64,000 nucleotides of DNA from Escherichia coli 042 (GTDB lineage: Bacteria > Pseudomonadota > Gammaproteobacteria > Enterobacterales > Enterobacteriaceae). The first letter of the stretch is position 1, and each line of letters begins with the position of its first letter. The position numbers and the translations under genes are program-made. Below are positions 26,844 to 37,782 of the stretch, piece by piece. The stretch lies in NCBI RefSeq assembly GCF_000027125.1, contig NC_017626.1. The stretch is one strand, 5' to 3'. The notes beneath the pieces are model-generated. The model was not told the origin of the DNA. It made no database searches and worked only from the letters and a program-made list of their open reading frames with translations.

Positions 26844-28982
26844 TTAACCTATCTGCCCATTCCCCAAATGTTTAACGCGGCGCTTAACTTCTTCCTGCTT
26901 ACCAGCGTTAAACGGACGTGCATCCGGGCTACCTAAATATCCGCACACGCGGCGAGTTACCGACACACGGGAGGCGTCATGGTTACCACATTTCGGGCAA
27001 GTGAAGCCTTTGCTGGTGCACTCGAACTCACCGGTAAAGCCACACTCGTAGCACTCATCAATCGGTGTATTGGTGCCGTAATACGGTACATGCTGATAGC
27101 TGTAATCCCAGACATCTTCCAGCGCTTTCAGGTTGTGCTGAATGTTTGGATACTCGCCGTAGCAAATGAAACCACCGTTCGCCAGCGGCGGGTAAGGCGC
27201 TTCAAAGTCGATCTTGTCGTACGGGTTCACCTTCTTCTCCACATCAAGGTGGAAACTGTTGGTGTAGTAACCTTTATCGGTCACGCCCGGCACCACGCCA
27301 AACTCAGCAGTATCGAGACGGCAGAAGCGGTCGCACAGGTTTTCACTCGGCGTGCTGTAGAGACTGAAACCATAACCCGTTTCTTCTTTCCACTGATCCA
27401 CTGCCTGACGCAGACGTTCAACAATGGCGATACCTTTCGCGCGAAGCTGCTCGTTGTCGTAAACATGCTCGCCGCCGAACAGCGCGTTAATGGTTTCGTG
27501 GATGCCGATGTAACCCAGCGAAATAGACGCACGACCGTTTTTGAAGATTTCAGAAACATCATCGTCAGCATTCAGACGTACGCCACAAGCACCTTCCATA
27601 TAGAGGATCGGGGCGACGCGCGCTTTCACGCCTTCGAGACGAGCGATACGGGTCATCAGTGCCTTACGTGCCAGCACCAGACGTTCATCCAGCAGCTTCC
27701 AGAAGGTGGCTTCATCGCCTTTTGCTTCCAGAGCAATACGCGGCAGGTTCAGGCTGATCACGCCGAGGTTGTTACGACCATCGTGGATCTGCTCGCCGTT
27801 TTCATTTTCCCACACGCCGAGGAAGCTGCGGCAGCCCATCGGGGTTTTAAACGAACCGGTGACTTTCACTACCTGATCGTAGTTCAGGATATCCGGATAC
27901 ATGCGCTTGCTTGCGCACTCCAGCGCCAGCTGTTTGATGTCGTAGTTCGGATCGCCTTTTTTATGGTTCAGGCCATCGCGAATCGCAAACACCAGTTTCG
28001 GGAACACCGCAGTTTTACGGTTTTTACCGAGGCCTGCGATACGGTTACGCAGGATCGATTCCTGAATCAGGCGCGATTCCCAGCTGGTGCCCAGACCAAA
28101 ACCAAAGGTTACAAACGGCGTCTGACCGTTGGCGGTGTGCAGGGTGTTTACTTCGTACTCCAGCGACTGGAAGGCATCGTAGCACTCTTTGATGGTACGA
28201 GAGTTAGCGTAGCCTTCGGCGTCCGGGATGTTCCACTCTTCTGCGGTCTTGCGATGTTTGTTGTAGCTGGCGGTAACAAACGGCGCCAGCACTTCATCGA
28301 TACGGTTAATGGTGGTGCCGCCATAAATATGGCTGGCGACCTGAGCAATAATCTGCGCAGTTACCGCGGTTGCCGTAGAGATCGACTTCGGCGGTTCAAT
28401 CTCGGCGTTCCCCATTTTAAAGCCCTGGGTCAGCATGCCTTTCAGGTCGATCAACATGCAGTTGAACATCGGGAAGAACGGCGAGTAATCGAGATCGTGA
28501 TAGTGAATATCGCCACGCTCATGTGCCTGCACCACGTCACGCGGCAACAGGTGCTGGCGTGCATAGTGTTTAGCCACGATCCCGGCCAGCAGGTCGCGCT
28601 GGGTTGGAATCACCTTGCTGTCTTTGTTGGCGTTTTCGTTGAGTAACGAGGCGTTGGTCTGCTCGACCAGACCACGGATCTCCTGGTTCAGGCGACCGCG
28701 TTTTTCACGTTCAATGTCGCGATCGTGACGGTACTCGATGTAAGCACGAGCCAGTTGTTTGTATGGACCCGACATCAGCTGGTTTTCAACTGCGGTCTGG
28801 ATCTCGTTGATATCCACCTGGTTGCGGCCCTGCATCTGCTCGCTGACAACCGCGGCAACAGTGGCGCAATAATCGGCATCATCGACTTCCGCTGCTTTAG
28901 CTGCACGCAGAATCGCTTCTTTGATGCGCTCTGATTTAAACGGCACTTTGCAGCCGTCTCGTTTCATCACATGCGGTGTCAT
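26844..28982 (-). CDS. nrdD: Anaerobic ribonucleoside-triphosphate reductase (class III, glycyl radical)
   Basis: 712-aa ORF with C-terminal Zn-ribbon cysteines and glycyl-radical region; recognised as NrdD. Confidence 0.92.
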   Translation of the reverse strand: MTPHVMKRDGCKVPFKSERIKEAILRAAKAAEVDDADYCATVAAVVSEQMQGRNQVDINEIQTAVENQLMSGPYKQLARAYIEYRHDRDIEREKRGRLNQEIRGLVEQTNASLLNENANKDSKVIPTQRDLLAGIVAKHYARQHLLPRDVVQAHERGDIHYHDLDYSPFFPMFNCMLIDLKGMLTQGFKMGNAEIEPPKSISTATAVTAQIIAQVASHIYGGTTINRIDEVLAPFVTASYNKHRKTAEEWNIPDAEGYANSRTIKECYDAFQSLEYEVNTLHTANGQTPFVTFGFGLGTSWESRLIQESILRNRIAGLGKNRKTAVFPKLVFAIRDGLNHKKGDPNYDIKQLALECASKRMYPDILNYDQVVKVTGSFKTPMGCRSFLGVWENENGEQIHDGRNNLGVISLNLPRIALEAKGDEATFWKLLDERLVLARKALMTRIARLEGVKARVAPILYMEGACGVRLNADDDVSEIFKNGRASISLGYIGIHETINALFGGEHVYDNEQLRAKGIAIVERLRQAVDQWKEETGYGFSLYSTPSENLCDRFCRLDTAEFGVVPGVTDKGYYTNSFHLDVEKKVNPYDKIDFEAPYPPLANGGFICYGEYPNIQHNLKALEDVWDYSYQHVPYYGTNTPIDECYECGFTGEFECTSKGFTCPKCGNHDASRVSVTRRVCGYLGSPDARPFNAGKQEEVKRRVKHLGNGQIG

Positions 28983-29217
28983 GATCGCTCCATATTTTTA
29001 AGAACAGGTTATCCACAGAAATTGGGAAAGGCGTTTTCCGGTTTTTTCGTTTCGTTTTCCGGTGCTTTCCGCAATCGCCATCCGCTTATCCACAACGCCG
29101 CACCTTTTTCGTGGGGAGCTGTAGTAGCAATTATAGTCGATTAATACAACATATTGGGTTGGGACGCATTTTAAAGTCTATATATAGTGCTTTGCATCAA
29201 GGATGTTTTAACTTTTT

Positions 29218-29231
29218 TTGATGTAGCTCAA
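29218..29231 (-). promoter_or_regulatory. Candidate FNR half-site pair upstream of nrdD
   Basis: TTGAT-GTAG-CTCAA (minus strand TTGAG-N4-ATCAA) resembles the FNR consensus TTGAT-N4-ATCAA; nrdDG is an FNR-activated anaerobic operon. Confidence 0.3.
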
Positions 29232-29330
29232 AGTAAAAAGCAGAGCGTACGGATGACGGGCGCTACAGCGATATGTAAATTTTTTAATGAATTTTCTGGT
29301 TGAAAAATCAACAAAAACAACATACTGACA

Positions 29331-29363
29331 GACAAAACCCCGGAATGACCGGCATTACCGGGG
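29331..29363 (-). terminator. Candidate intrinsic terminator downstream of treC
   Basis: CCCCGG...CCGGGG hairpin (29338..29363) followed on the minus strand by a T-run. Confidence 0.45.
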
Positions 29364-29375
29364 CTTAGGGAAGAT

Positions 29376-31031
29376 TTACTTCTGTAACCACCAGACAGCC
29401 TCAAAAGGCCGTAAAGTCATGGCACAGGGTTGTGGTGAGGCTTCTTCGTAGTTATGCATCACAAGTTGCCAGTTGCCGCGCATTTTCCCTGGCTGCCAGG
29501 GTTGGATCTCACGGCTAAGGTTGGCAATGACCAGCAAGGTTTGCCCCTTCCATTCACGGCGATAGCACCACAATACAGGGCTGTTTGGCAGCAGATCCTG
29601 GTAATTGCCCCATGTCAGGATGGCTTCTTGCTTACGCAGTGCGATTAACTTTTGGTAGGTGTAAAACACCGAGGAATCATCGGCCAGCGCGGCTTCTACG
29701 TTGATTTGTTGATAGTTATCGCCCAGGCCAATCCACGGTTCGCCAGCCGTAAACCCGGCATTATCGCCGTTGCTCCATTGCATGGGCGTGCGACTGTTGT
29801 CACGGGATTTACTGGCGAGGATTGCCAATAACTCGTCGGCATCACGCCCATCGTTGCGCAGCTCGGCAAACATATTGAGGCTCTCCACGTCGCGATAGTC
29901 AGTAATGCGCGTGAAATGCGGGTTGGTCATGCCAATCTCTTCGCCCTGGTAGATATACGGCGTTCCCTGCATGCCATGCAGCACCATCGCCAGCATTTTT
30001 GCCGCAGGCACGCGGTATTCACCTTCATCACCAAAGCGAGAAACAATGCGCGGCTGATCGTGGTTACACCAGAACAAGGCATTCCATGCTACGTTGTGCA
30101 TTCCTTGTTGCCAGTGGCGGAACAATGTTTTCAACGCCACAAAGTCAGGTTTAGCCAGCGTCCATTTTTCACCACCGGGATAATCGACCTTCAGGTGATG
30201 AAAATTAAAGGTCATCGATAATTCACTGCCTGTCAGTGCCGCGTATCGCTGGCAATGCTCAAGGCTGGTGGAGGACATTTCACCTACGGTCATTAACCCG
30301 CGTGGCGTAAACACATCGCGGTTCATCTCGTGCAAAAACTCGTGTGCTCGTGGCCCGTCGGTGTAGAAGCGACGCCCGTCGCCGTCCAGGTCTTCAGGGA
30401 AACGCGGGTCTTTGGAGATCAGATTCACCACATCCAGGCGCAACCCGTCGACCCCACGATCGGCCCAGAACTCACAGACTTTTTTCAGCTCTGCGCGTAC
30501 CGCTGGATTCTCCCAGTTGAGATCCGCCTGTTCTGGTGCAAAGAGATGCAAATAGTACTGTTCGCTTTCCGCATGCCAGCGCCACGCACTACCGCCAAAT
30601 TTTGAACGCCAGTTGTTCGGTGGCGTTTCTGGTTCGCCATCGCGCCAGATATAAAACTGGCGGTAAGGGCTTTCTTTGTTCAGCGCCTCGCGAAACCAGG
30701 CATGTTGGGTAGAGGTATGGTTAAACACCATATCGAGAATGATACGAATCCCGCGCGATTTTGCCTGCGTCACCAGTTCGTCAAAATCGTCCAGCGTGCC
30801 GTAGGTGGGATCAATCGCCGTATAGTTCGCTACATCGTAACCGTTATCGACCTGCGGAGAGACATAAAAGGGGGTTAGCCAGATGGCATCAACGCCCAGT
30901 TTATGCAGATAGTCCAGGCGTTGGATAACGCCACGTAAATCGCCGGTGCCGCTACCCGTGGTGTCCTGAAAACTCTTTGGATAAATCTGGTAGATAACGC
31001 CGTTTTGCCACCAGTGGGGAAGATTAGTCAT
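29376..31031 (-). CDS. treC: Trehalose-6-phosphate hydrolase
   Basis: Track ORF 29376..31178 trimmed to internal ATG (MTNLPHWWQNGVIYQIYP...), 551 aa; GH13 alpha-amylase family motifs. Confidence 0.9.
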   Translation of the reverse strand: MTNLPHWWQNGVIYQIYPKSFQDTTGSGTGDLRGVIQRLDYLHKLGVDAIWLTPFYVSPQVDNGYDVANYTAIDPTYGTLDDFDELVTQAKSRGIRIILDMVFNHTSTQHAWFREALNKESPYRQFYIWRDGEPETPPNNWRSKFGGSAWRWHAESEQYYLHLFAPEQADLNWENPAVRAELKKVCEFWADRGVDGLRLDVVNLISKDPRFPEDLDGDGRRFYTDGPRAHEFLHEMNRDVFTPRGLMTVGEMSSTSLEHCQRYAALTGSELSMTFNFHHLKVDYPGGEKWTLAKPDFVALKTLFRHWQQGMHNVAWNALFWCNHDQPRIVSRFGDEGEYRVPAAKMLAMVLHGMQGTPYIYQGEEIGMTNPHFTRITDYRDVESLNMFAELRNDGRDADELLAILASKSRDNSRTPMQWSNGDNAGFTAGEPWIGLGDNYQQINVEAALADDSSVFYTYQKLIALRKQEAILTWGNYQDLLPNSPVLWCYRREWKGQTLLVIANLSREIQPWQPGKMRGNWQLVMHNYEEASPQPCAMTLRPFEAVWWLQK

Positions 31032-31080
31032 TACGTTATTCCTGCAAATGCGAGGGGGCGCAATTGCGCCCCGAAGAAAA

Positions 31081-32502
31081 TTAAACAATGTCCAGCGTGC
31101 CCAGGCGGTATTTCCGCTGATAGATAAACGAGGTGAGTACAATCGGGATGATGATGGCGATAGCCATTGCCAGCGCAAACACCTGCCAGTAGCTCGGTTG
31201 AATCGAGAGAATTCCCGGCAGGCCGCCTACGCCGATGCCATTCGCCATAACGCCGTTCAGGCCACATAGCAATCCTGCCAGACCAGAACCAATCATCGCG
31301 CACAGCATCGGGAAGCGATATTTCAGGTTGATGCCGTACATTGCAGGCTCAGTGACCCCAAGCCAGGCGGAGATAGCGGCAGGAACGGAGATCTCGCGTT
31401 CATTGTGCTTGCGGCTGGAAATGATAATGCCTATCACGGCGGAGCCCTGAGCGATATTCGACAGCGCAATCAGCGGCCACACTGGCGTACCACCCATGCT
31501 TTGAATCATCTGCAAATCAATAGCAAGCGTGGTCTGGTGTACCCCGGTGATCACCAGCGGGGCGTACAGGAAGCCAAACAATGCCGCGCCAATCGGAGCA
31601 AAGCTGCCGGTCATCAGGTGACGTACCGCAAAGGCAACGCCATCGCCAATCATGCGACCAAACGGACCAATCAGCGCATGGGCGAGGAACACCGCGAGGA
31701 TCAGCGAACAGACGGGCACCACCACCAGATAGAGGTAATCTGGCACGATGCGTTTAAGGCGAGTTTCAATAACGCCCAGCGCCAGCCCGGCTAACAGTGC
31801 CGGGATCACCTGCGCCTGATAGCCCACTTTGGCGATGCTGAACATGCCAAAGTCCCACACTTCCGGCAGCTGCTGCCCGAGCAGATAAGCGTTCATCAGC
31901 TGGGGGGAAACCAGTGTCACGCCAAGTACGATACCAAGGATCGGCGTGCCGCCCATTTTTTTCACCGCCGACCAGCAAATCCCGACCGGCAGGTAGAAGA
32001 AGATCGCTTCACCGATCAACCACAGAAAATCGTAGATCGTTTGCAGGGAAGGGTACATTTGCGCCAGCGTTTGACCGTTGCTCATGGGCAAATCGCCGAT
32101 CACATTGCGAAAACCGAGGATCAAACCGCCGCTAATCAACGCGGGCAGCAACGGGAAGAAGATCTCCGCGAAATGAGAGATCAACTGCTCATGCCATTTC
32201 ATATTCTGCCGGGCGGCTTTTTTTACCTGCTCTTTATCAACCTGCGCCTGTCCGGTTGACGCTATCAGTGCTTGATAGTAATCACCCACGTTGGTGCCAA
32301 TCACCACCTGAAATTGCCCGGCATTGGTGAAACAGCCTTTCACCATGGGGAGTTGCTCAATTTCTTTCGGTCTGGCATTGGCCGGTTGGTTGAGGACAAA
32401 GCGCAGGCGAGTAATACAGTGGCTCACCGTCGCAATATTGCCGCGCCCGCCGACCAGTTCAATCAACCGATCGATATCCGTTTGGTTTATTTTGCTCATC
32501 AT
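31081..32502 (-). CDS. treB: PTS trehalose-specific EIIBC component
   Basis: 473-aa ORF with N-terminal EIIB cysteine motif (CITRLR) and polytopic EIIC domain. Confidence 0.9.
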   Translation of the reverse strand: MMSKINQTDIDRLIELVGGRGNIATVSHCITRLRFVLNQPANARPKEIEQLPMVKGCFTNAGQFQVVIGTNVGDYYQALIASTGQAQVDKEQVKKAARQNMKWHEQLISHFAEIFFPLLPALISGGLILGFRNVIGDLPMSNGQTLAQMYPSLQTIYDFLWLIGEAIFFYLPVGICWSAVKKMGGTPILGIVLGVTLVSPQLMNAYLLGQQLPEVWDFGMFSIAKVGYQAQVIPALLAGLALGVIETRLKRIVPDYLYLVVVPVCSLILAVFLAHALIGPFGRMIGDGVAFAVRHLMTGSFAPIGAALFGFLYAPLVITGVHQTTLAIDLQMIQSMGGTPVWPLIALSNIAQGSAVIGIIISSRKHNEREISVPAAISAWLGVTEPAMYGINLKYRFPMLCAMIGSGLAGLLCGLNGVMANGIGVGGLPGILSIQPSYWQVFALAMAIAIIIPIVLTSFIYQRKYRLGTLDIV

Positions 32503-32621
32503 AAAGCCCCATGGCAGATGACATTTTTGGTTGGCTGCAGAATATATTGCGCGGAAAAATTTAAAAAACGGGAACGTTCCCGAAACGCAGCGAAGATCAC
32601 AATTTATCGTTCAGGAAACGA

Positions 32622-33569
32622 TCAGGACAGGGTGGCGGGGATGATGATTTGTTGCGGTTCGCTGCGTCCGGTTACCTGCGCGATCAACTGGCAGGCCGCC
32701 TGGCGTCCAGCTTCGGCGTAACCAGGATCTACGGTGACGATCTCCGGATGAAGGAATTTCATTAACGGCGTATTACCGACGCTCGCCAGTTGCAAGGTCT
32801 CGATGCGTTGCTCTTGCAGGTATTTACTTGCGCCAAGTGCCAGCGTGTCGGTTGCGCACAGTAACGCGGTAGTTTCAGGCGTAATCACTTTTGCTACGTT
32901 CTCATAGCCTTGCTTCATAGCAAGCCCTGGCAGAGCGGCAACGGGATGCAATTTATGCGCTTTGCAGAACGCCAGGTAGGCTTCGTGACGTCGCTTACCG
33001 GTCGTCACGTCACTGTGCGGCACGCCGAGATAACTGATATTACGATGTCCCTGGTCATACAGCCGTTGCATCAGGATCTTGATTGCCCCTTCGTCGTCAT
33101 AACAGACCGAAGCAAAGCCTTTTGCGTCACGCGCCAGCAGAACCAGCGATGACTGCCAGTGGGCTAACATTTCTTCTGTTATGCCGGTAAAACCGAACAG
33201 CACTACGCCGTCGATATTACGCCGTTTCAGCACCCCCAAATGTTCGGCAACTAATTGCGGGGAAAACTGACTTTCCATCATGATTGGGTCGTAACCTTGT
33301 TCATAGAACGCTGGCAGCATGGTTTGAACGGCGAGATTTTCTGACAACGAATCCAGACGGGTAACAATGATGGCGACCACTTTATCGCTTTGCCCACGCA
33401 TAGCGCGCGCAGAGCGGGAAGGGGAAAATCCATGCTGATTCATCACTGCTTCAACACGCTCGCGCGTGCGCTGGCTCACGCCGCTTTCGTTATTCAGCAC
33501 CCGGGAAACCGTAGATTTCCCCACGCCGCTTAAGCGTGCGATGTCTTTGATGGTCAGCCGATTTTGCAT
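32622..33569 (-). CDS. treR: Trehalose operon repressor (LacI family)
   Basis: 315-aa ORF with N-terminal HTH (TIKDIARLSGVGKSTVSRVLN). Confidence 0.9.
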   Translation of the reverse strand: MQNRLTIKDIARLSGVGKSTVSRVLNNESGVSQRTRERVEAVMNQHGFSPSRSARAMRGQSDKVVAIIVTRLDSLSENLAVQTMLPAFYEQGYDPIMMESQFSPQLVAEHLGVLKRRNIDGVVLFGFTGITEEMLAHWQSSLVLLARDAKGFASVCYDDEGAIKILMQRLYDQGHRNISYLGVPHSDVTTGKRRHEAYLAFCKAHKLHPVAALPGLAMKQGYENVAKVITPETTALLCATDTLALGASKYLQEQRIETLQLASVGNTPLMKFLHPEIVTVDPGYAEAGRQAACQLIAQVTGRSEPQQIIIPATLS

Positions 33570-33679
33570 CCTGTTGTCCCGTAACGTGTTGTTTAATTAT
33601 TTGAGCCTAACTTTACCCGTGCATTCAGCAATGGGTAAAGTCTGGTTTATCGTTGGTTTAGTTGCCTGCAGGTATTATA

Positions 33680-33947
33680 TCGCCATAGATGCTACGAATA
33701 TTATTGGATTCTCCTTATTATTTGCGGCGCTTTTTTCACTTACCGGAGGTTATATGGAACCTGATCCCACGCCTCTCCCTCGACGGAGATTAAAACTTTT
33801 CCGGTAAGCCCGTCTTTTCACGGCGTTACCGGATGCGTAAGGCCGTGACGTTTTAACGTCCCTGCTCAGCTTTATTACCTTCAGGTAAGGCTTCGCCACG
33901 CCTGAAGACATTTCTGTACTGTTTCAGACAGTGTGGAGGGACTCCTT
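33680..33947 (+). promoter_or_regulatory. mgtA 5' leader region (Mg2+/proline-responsive), containing mgtL; 5' boundary approximate
   Basis: Long untranslated region upstream of mgtA containing the proline-rich 17-codon leader ORF; a leader-based regulatory mechanism is established for mgtA in enterobacteria. Confidence 0.55.
33754..33807 (+). CDS. mgtL: mgtA leader peptide MgtL ([17 protein letters not shown])
   Basis: 17-codon ORF with RBS GGAGG upstream; proline-rich sequence matches the known leader peptide. Confidence 0.7.
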
Positions 33948-36644
33948 ATGTTTAAAGAAATTTTTACCCGGTTCATTCGCCATTTACCTTCCCGTCTGGT
34001 TCATCGCGATCCATTGCCTGGCGCGCAGCAGACAGTGAATACGGCGGTCCCGCCCTCCTTAAGTGCGCATTGCCTGAAAATGGCGGTGATGCCCGAAGAA
34101 GAATTGTGGAAAACGTTCGACACCCATCCGGAAGGATTAAATCAGGCGGAAGTGGAATCTGCCCGCGAACAACATGGTGAAAATAAATTACCCGCACAAC
34201 AACCGTCGCCGTGGTGGGTTCATTTATGGGTCTGCTATCGCAACCCCTTTAATATTTTACTCACCATTCTCGGCGCTATTTCTTACGCCACGGAAGATTT
34301 ATTTGCCGCGGGCGTTATCGCGCTAATGGTCGCTATTTCTACGTTGCTGAACTTTATTCAGGAAGCACGTTCCACTAAAGCGGCAGATGCCCTGAAAGCG
34401 ATGGTCAGCAATACCGCGACGGTGCTGCGCGTAATTAACGACAAAGGCGAAAATGGCTGGCTGGAGATCCCGATCGACCAGCTGGTGCCCGGCGATATTA
34501 TAAAACTGGCGGCAGGGGATATGATCCCGGCAGATTTACGTATCTTGCAGGCGCGGGATCTGTTTGTCGCTCAGGCGTCGTTAACCGGTGAGTCTCTGCC
34601 CGTGGAAAAAGCCGCTACTACTCGCCAGCCGGAGCACAGCAATCCACTGGAGTGCGACACCCTGTGTTTTATGGGCACCACCGTGGTGAGCGGCACGGCA
34701 CAAGCAATGGTGATTGCTACAGGAGCCAACACCTGGTTTGGTCAACTGGCGGGGCGTGTTAGTGAGCAGGAAAGCGAGCCGAATGCCTTTCAGCAAGGGA
34801 TCAGCCGCGTCAGTATGCTGCTGATTCGCTTTATGCTGGTGATGGCTCCGGTGGTGTTGCTTATCAACGGTTACACCAAAGGTGACTGGTGGGAAGCGGC
34901 ACTGTTTGCGCTTTCGGTTGCGGTAGGCTTAACGCCGGAAATGTTGCCGATGATTGTTACCTCGACGCTGGCGCGCGGCGCAGTAAAGCTGTCGAAACAG
35001 AAAGTGATCGTCAAACATCTGGATGCTATTCAGAACTTTGGCGCAATGGATATTCTGTGCACTGATAAAACTGGCACCCTGACACAGGACAAAATTGTGC
35101 TGGAGAATCATACCGATATCTCCGGTAAAACCAGCGAACGCGTGCTGCATAGCGCGTGGTTGAACAGTCATTATCAGACCGGACTTAAAAACCTGCTCGA
35201 TACAGCGGTGCTCGAAGGTACGGATGAAGAGTCAGCGCGCTCGCTGGCCAGTCGTTGGCAAAAAATCGATGAGATTCCGTTTGATTTCGAGCGTCGCCGG
35301 ATGTCGGTGGTAGTGGCAGAAAATACCGAGCACCATCAGCTGGTTTGCAAAGGTGCATTGCAGGAAATCCTCAATGTGTGTTCGCAGGTGCGTCACAATG
35401 GCGAGATTGTGCCGCTCGATGACATCATGCTGCGTAAGATTAAGCGGGTTACTGATACGCTGAATCGTCAGGGGCTGCGCGTGGTTGCGGTGGCGACGAA
35501 ATACCTGCCAGCGCGTGAAGGAGATTACCAGCGGGCGGATGAATCCGACCTGATCCTCGAAGGATATATTGCTTTCCTTGATCCGCCAAAAGAGACAACT
35601 GCTCCGGCACTGAAGGCATTAAAAGCGAGTGGAATTACCGTAAAAATCCTTACTGGCGACAGTGAGTTAGTTGCAGCGAAAGTGTGCCATGAAGTGGGGC
35701 TGGACGCGGGAGAGGTGGTCATTGGTAGTGATATTGAAACGCTATCTGACGACGAACTGGCAAATCTCGCACAGCGCACCACGCTGTTTGCTCGTCTGAC
35801 GCCGATGCATAAAGAACGCATTGTGACCTTACTGAAGCGCGAAGGGCATGTGGTTGGCTTTATGGGCGATGGTATTAATGATGCGCCCGCCTTACGCGCT
35901 GCGGATATCGGCATTTCTGTGGACGGCGCGGTAGATATTGCCCGTGAAGCGGCTGATATCATCCTGCTGGAAAAAAGCCTGATGGTGCTGGAAGAGGGGG
36001 TTATTGAAGGACGTCGCACTTTCGCCAACATGCTGAAATACATCAAAATGACGGCGAGCTCCAACTTCGGTAATGTGTTCAGCGTGCTGGTGGCGAGTGC
36101 TTTCTTGCCCTTCCTGCCGATGTTGCCGTTACACTTGCTTATTCAGAACCTGCTGTATGATGTGTCACAGGTGGCGATCCCGTTTGATAACGTCGACGAC
36201 GAGCAAATTCAAAAGCCGCAGCGTTGGAACCCGGCGGATCTGGGGCGCTTTATGATCTTCTTCGGACCGATCAGCTCGATCTTCGATATTCTGACGTTTT
36301 GCCTGATGTGGTGGGTATTCCATGCCAACACGCCGGAAACGCAAACGCTGTTCCAGTCGGGATGGTTTGTGGTGGGCTTACTGTCGCAAACGCTGATTGT
36401 GCATATGATCCGCACCCGCCGTGTGCCGTTTATTCAGAGCTGTGCATCGTGGCCGTTAATGATCATGACCGTGATCGTGATGATTGTCGGGATCGCATTG
36501 CCGTTTTCACCGCTGGCCAGTTATCTGCAATTACAGGCGCTGCCGTTAAGCTATTTCCCGTGGCTGGTTGCGATTCTGGCAGGGTATATGACATTAACCC
36601 AGTTGGTGAAAGGGTTCTATAGCCGTCGTTACGGCTGGCAATAA
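33948..36644 (+). CDS. mgtA: Magnesium-transporting P-type ATPase
   Basis: Track ORF 33933..36644 trimmed to MFKEIFTRFIRHL..., 898 aa; P-type ATPase motifs DKTGTLT and GDGINDAPAL. Confidence 0.92.
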   Translation: MFKEIFTRFIRHLPSRLVHRDPLPGAQQTVNTAVPPSLSAHCLKMAVMPEEELWKTFDTHPEGLNQAEVESAREQHGENKLPAQQPSPWWVHLWVCYRNPFNILLTILGAISYATEDLFAAGVIALMVAISTLLNFIQEARSTKAADALKAMVSNTATVLRVINDKGENGWLEIPIDQLVPGDIIKLAAGDMIPADLRILQARDLFVAQASLTGESLPVEKAATTRQPEHSNPLECDTLCFMGTTVVSGTAQAMVIATGANTWFGQLAGRVSEQESEPNAFQQGISRVSMLLIRFMLVMAPVVLLINGYTKGDWWEAALFALSVAVGLTPEMLPMIVTSTLARGAVKLSKQKVIVKHLDAIQNFGAMDILCTDKTGTLTQDKIVLENHTDISGKTSERVLHSAWLNSHYQTGLKNLLDTAVLEGTDEESARSLASRWQKIDEIPFDFERRRMSVVVAENTEHHQLVCKGALQEILNVCSQVRHNGEIVPLDDIMLRKIKRVTDTLNRQGLRVVAVATKYLPAREGDYQRADESDLILEGYIAFLDPPKETTAPALKALKASGITVKILTGDSELVAAKVCHEVGLDAGEVVIGSDIETLSDDELANLAQRTTLFARLTPMHKERIVTLLKREGHVVGFMGDGINDAPALRAADIGISVDGAVDIAREAADIILLEKSLMVLEEGVIEGRRTFANMLKYIKMTASSNFGNVFSVLVASAFLPFLPMLPLHLLIQNLLYDVSQVAIPFDNVDDEQIQKPQRWNPADLGRFMIFFGPISSIFDILTFCLMWWVFHANTPETQTLFQSGWFVVGLLSQTLIVHMIRTRRVPFIQSCASWPLMIMTVIVMIVGIALPFSPLASYLQLQALPLSYFPWLVAILAGYMTLTQLVKGFYSRRYGWQ

Positions 36645-36700
36645 AGAATAAACTGGGCACGATAGCCCCGATTCAGATTGCAGACAAAGTAAGCTTTGTT

Positions 36701-36795
36701 CATGCCGGATGCGGCGTAAATGCCTTATCCGGCCAACAAATTCAATAAATTGCAGGAATCACGTAGGCCTGATAAGCGTAGCGCATCAGGCGATT
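36701..36795. repeat. REP/BIME elements
   Basis: GCCGGATGCGGCGTAAATGCCTTATCCGGCC and TAGGCCTGATAAGCGTAGCGCATCAGGC units after mgtA. Confidence 0.6.
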
Positions 36796-36849
36796 TTGCG
36801 TTTGTCATCAGACTTAATCCGGGCATGATAGCCCGGATTTCCATCAAGA

Positions 36850-37236
36850 TTAGCGACGAACAGCGATCGCTTCGATCTCAATCTTCACGTCTTTCGGCAG
36901 ACGGGCGACTTCAACGCAAGAACGTGCCGGGAAGGTGGCGTTGTGTTCGGTGAAGAAGGCTTCGTAGGTAGCATTAACGGTAGCGAAGTCGTTCAGATCT
37001 TTCACAAACACGGTGGTTTTAACGATGTCGCCCACTTTCAGGCCAGCGGCTTCGACGATCGCTTTTACGTTATCCAGCGACTGACGTGCCTGTGCAGCGA
37101 CGTCTGCCGGTACTTCACCCGTTTTCGGATTTACCGGGATCTGACCGGAGGTGATGATCATATTGCCCAGATCAACGCCCTGTACGTAAGGACCGATAGC
37201 TGCCGGTGCATTTTCCGTCGCGATAGTTTTGCTCAT
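36850..37236 (-). CDS. ridA: 2-iminobutanoate/2-iminopropanoate deaminase RidA (YjgF)
   Basis: Track ORF 36850..37308 trimmed to MSKTIATENAPAAIGPYVQG..., 128 aa. Confidence 0.9.
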   Translation of the reverse strand: MSKTIATENAPAAIGPYVQGVDLGNMIITSGQIPVNPKTGEVPADVAAQARQSLDNVKAIVEAAGLKVGDIVKTTVFVKDLNDFATVNATYEAFFTEHNATFPARSCVEVARLPKDVKIEIEAIAVRR

Positions 37237-37308
37237 GATTTCTCCTTTATTACAGCGGTAAAAAGTCTGGCTCATTATAGGGAGCCAGACTTTTATTACC
37301 AACCGCAA

Positions 37309-37770
37309 TTAATTGGCCAGCACCACATTATGGGAAAACTCTTTTTCACAGTATTTGCATTTGAGCGCGATGTCATTGGCGCGTTTTCGCACGGCAAAGC
37401 TGGAAGAAACCGGTTCGGCATGGCTGATACAGTTGCTGTTCGGGCAGACCAGCACATTGTCGATGCGCTCTGGCAGACTGGGGCGCGATTTACCCACCAC
37501 TTCATAGTTGTCGATACGGTTAACCGTGGCTTGCGGCGCATACAATGCCAGTTGATCTACCTGATCTTCACTCAAAAAGGTATTTTCGATTTTGATCAGA
37601 TCTTTGCGGCCCATCTCGCCAGAAGGCAAGTTCAGACCGATGGTGATGCGCTGATCCGTTTCGGTCAGCTTGAACAGACTCAACAGCTTAAAACCGATCT
37701 GGGCGGGGATATGGTCAATTACCGTGCCGCGTTTAATAGCTTCAACCTGCAATTTATTATCGTGTGTCAT
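37309..37770 (-). CDS. pyrI: Aspartate carbamoyltransferase regulatory chain
   Basis: 153-aa [27 protein letters not shown]... with C-terminal Zn-binding cysteines. Confidence 0.95.
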
Positions 37771-37782
37771 CTCTATTTCCCC

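Noticed and set aside
36073..36622. Cys/Arg-rich ORFs overlapping the mgtA 3' end (36073..36255 plus; 36224..36622 plus)
   Set aside because: They are alternative frames within the well-supported mgtA coding sequence and show no independent signals.
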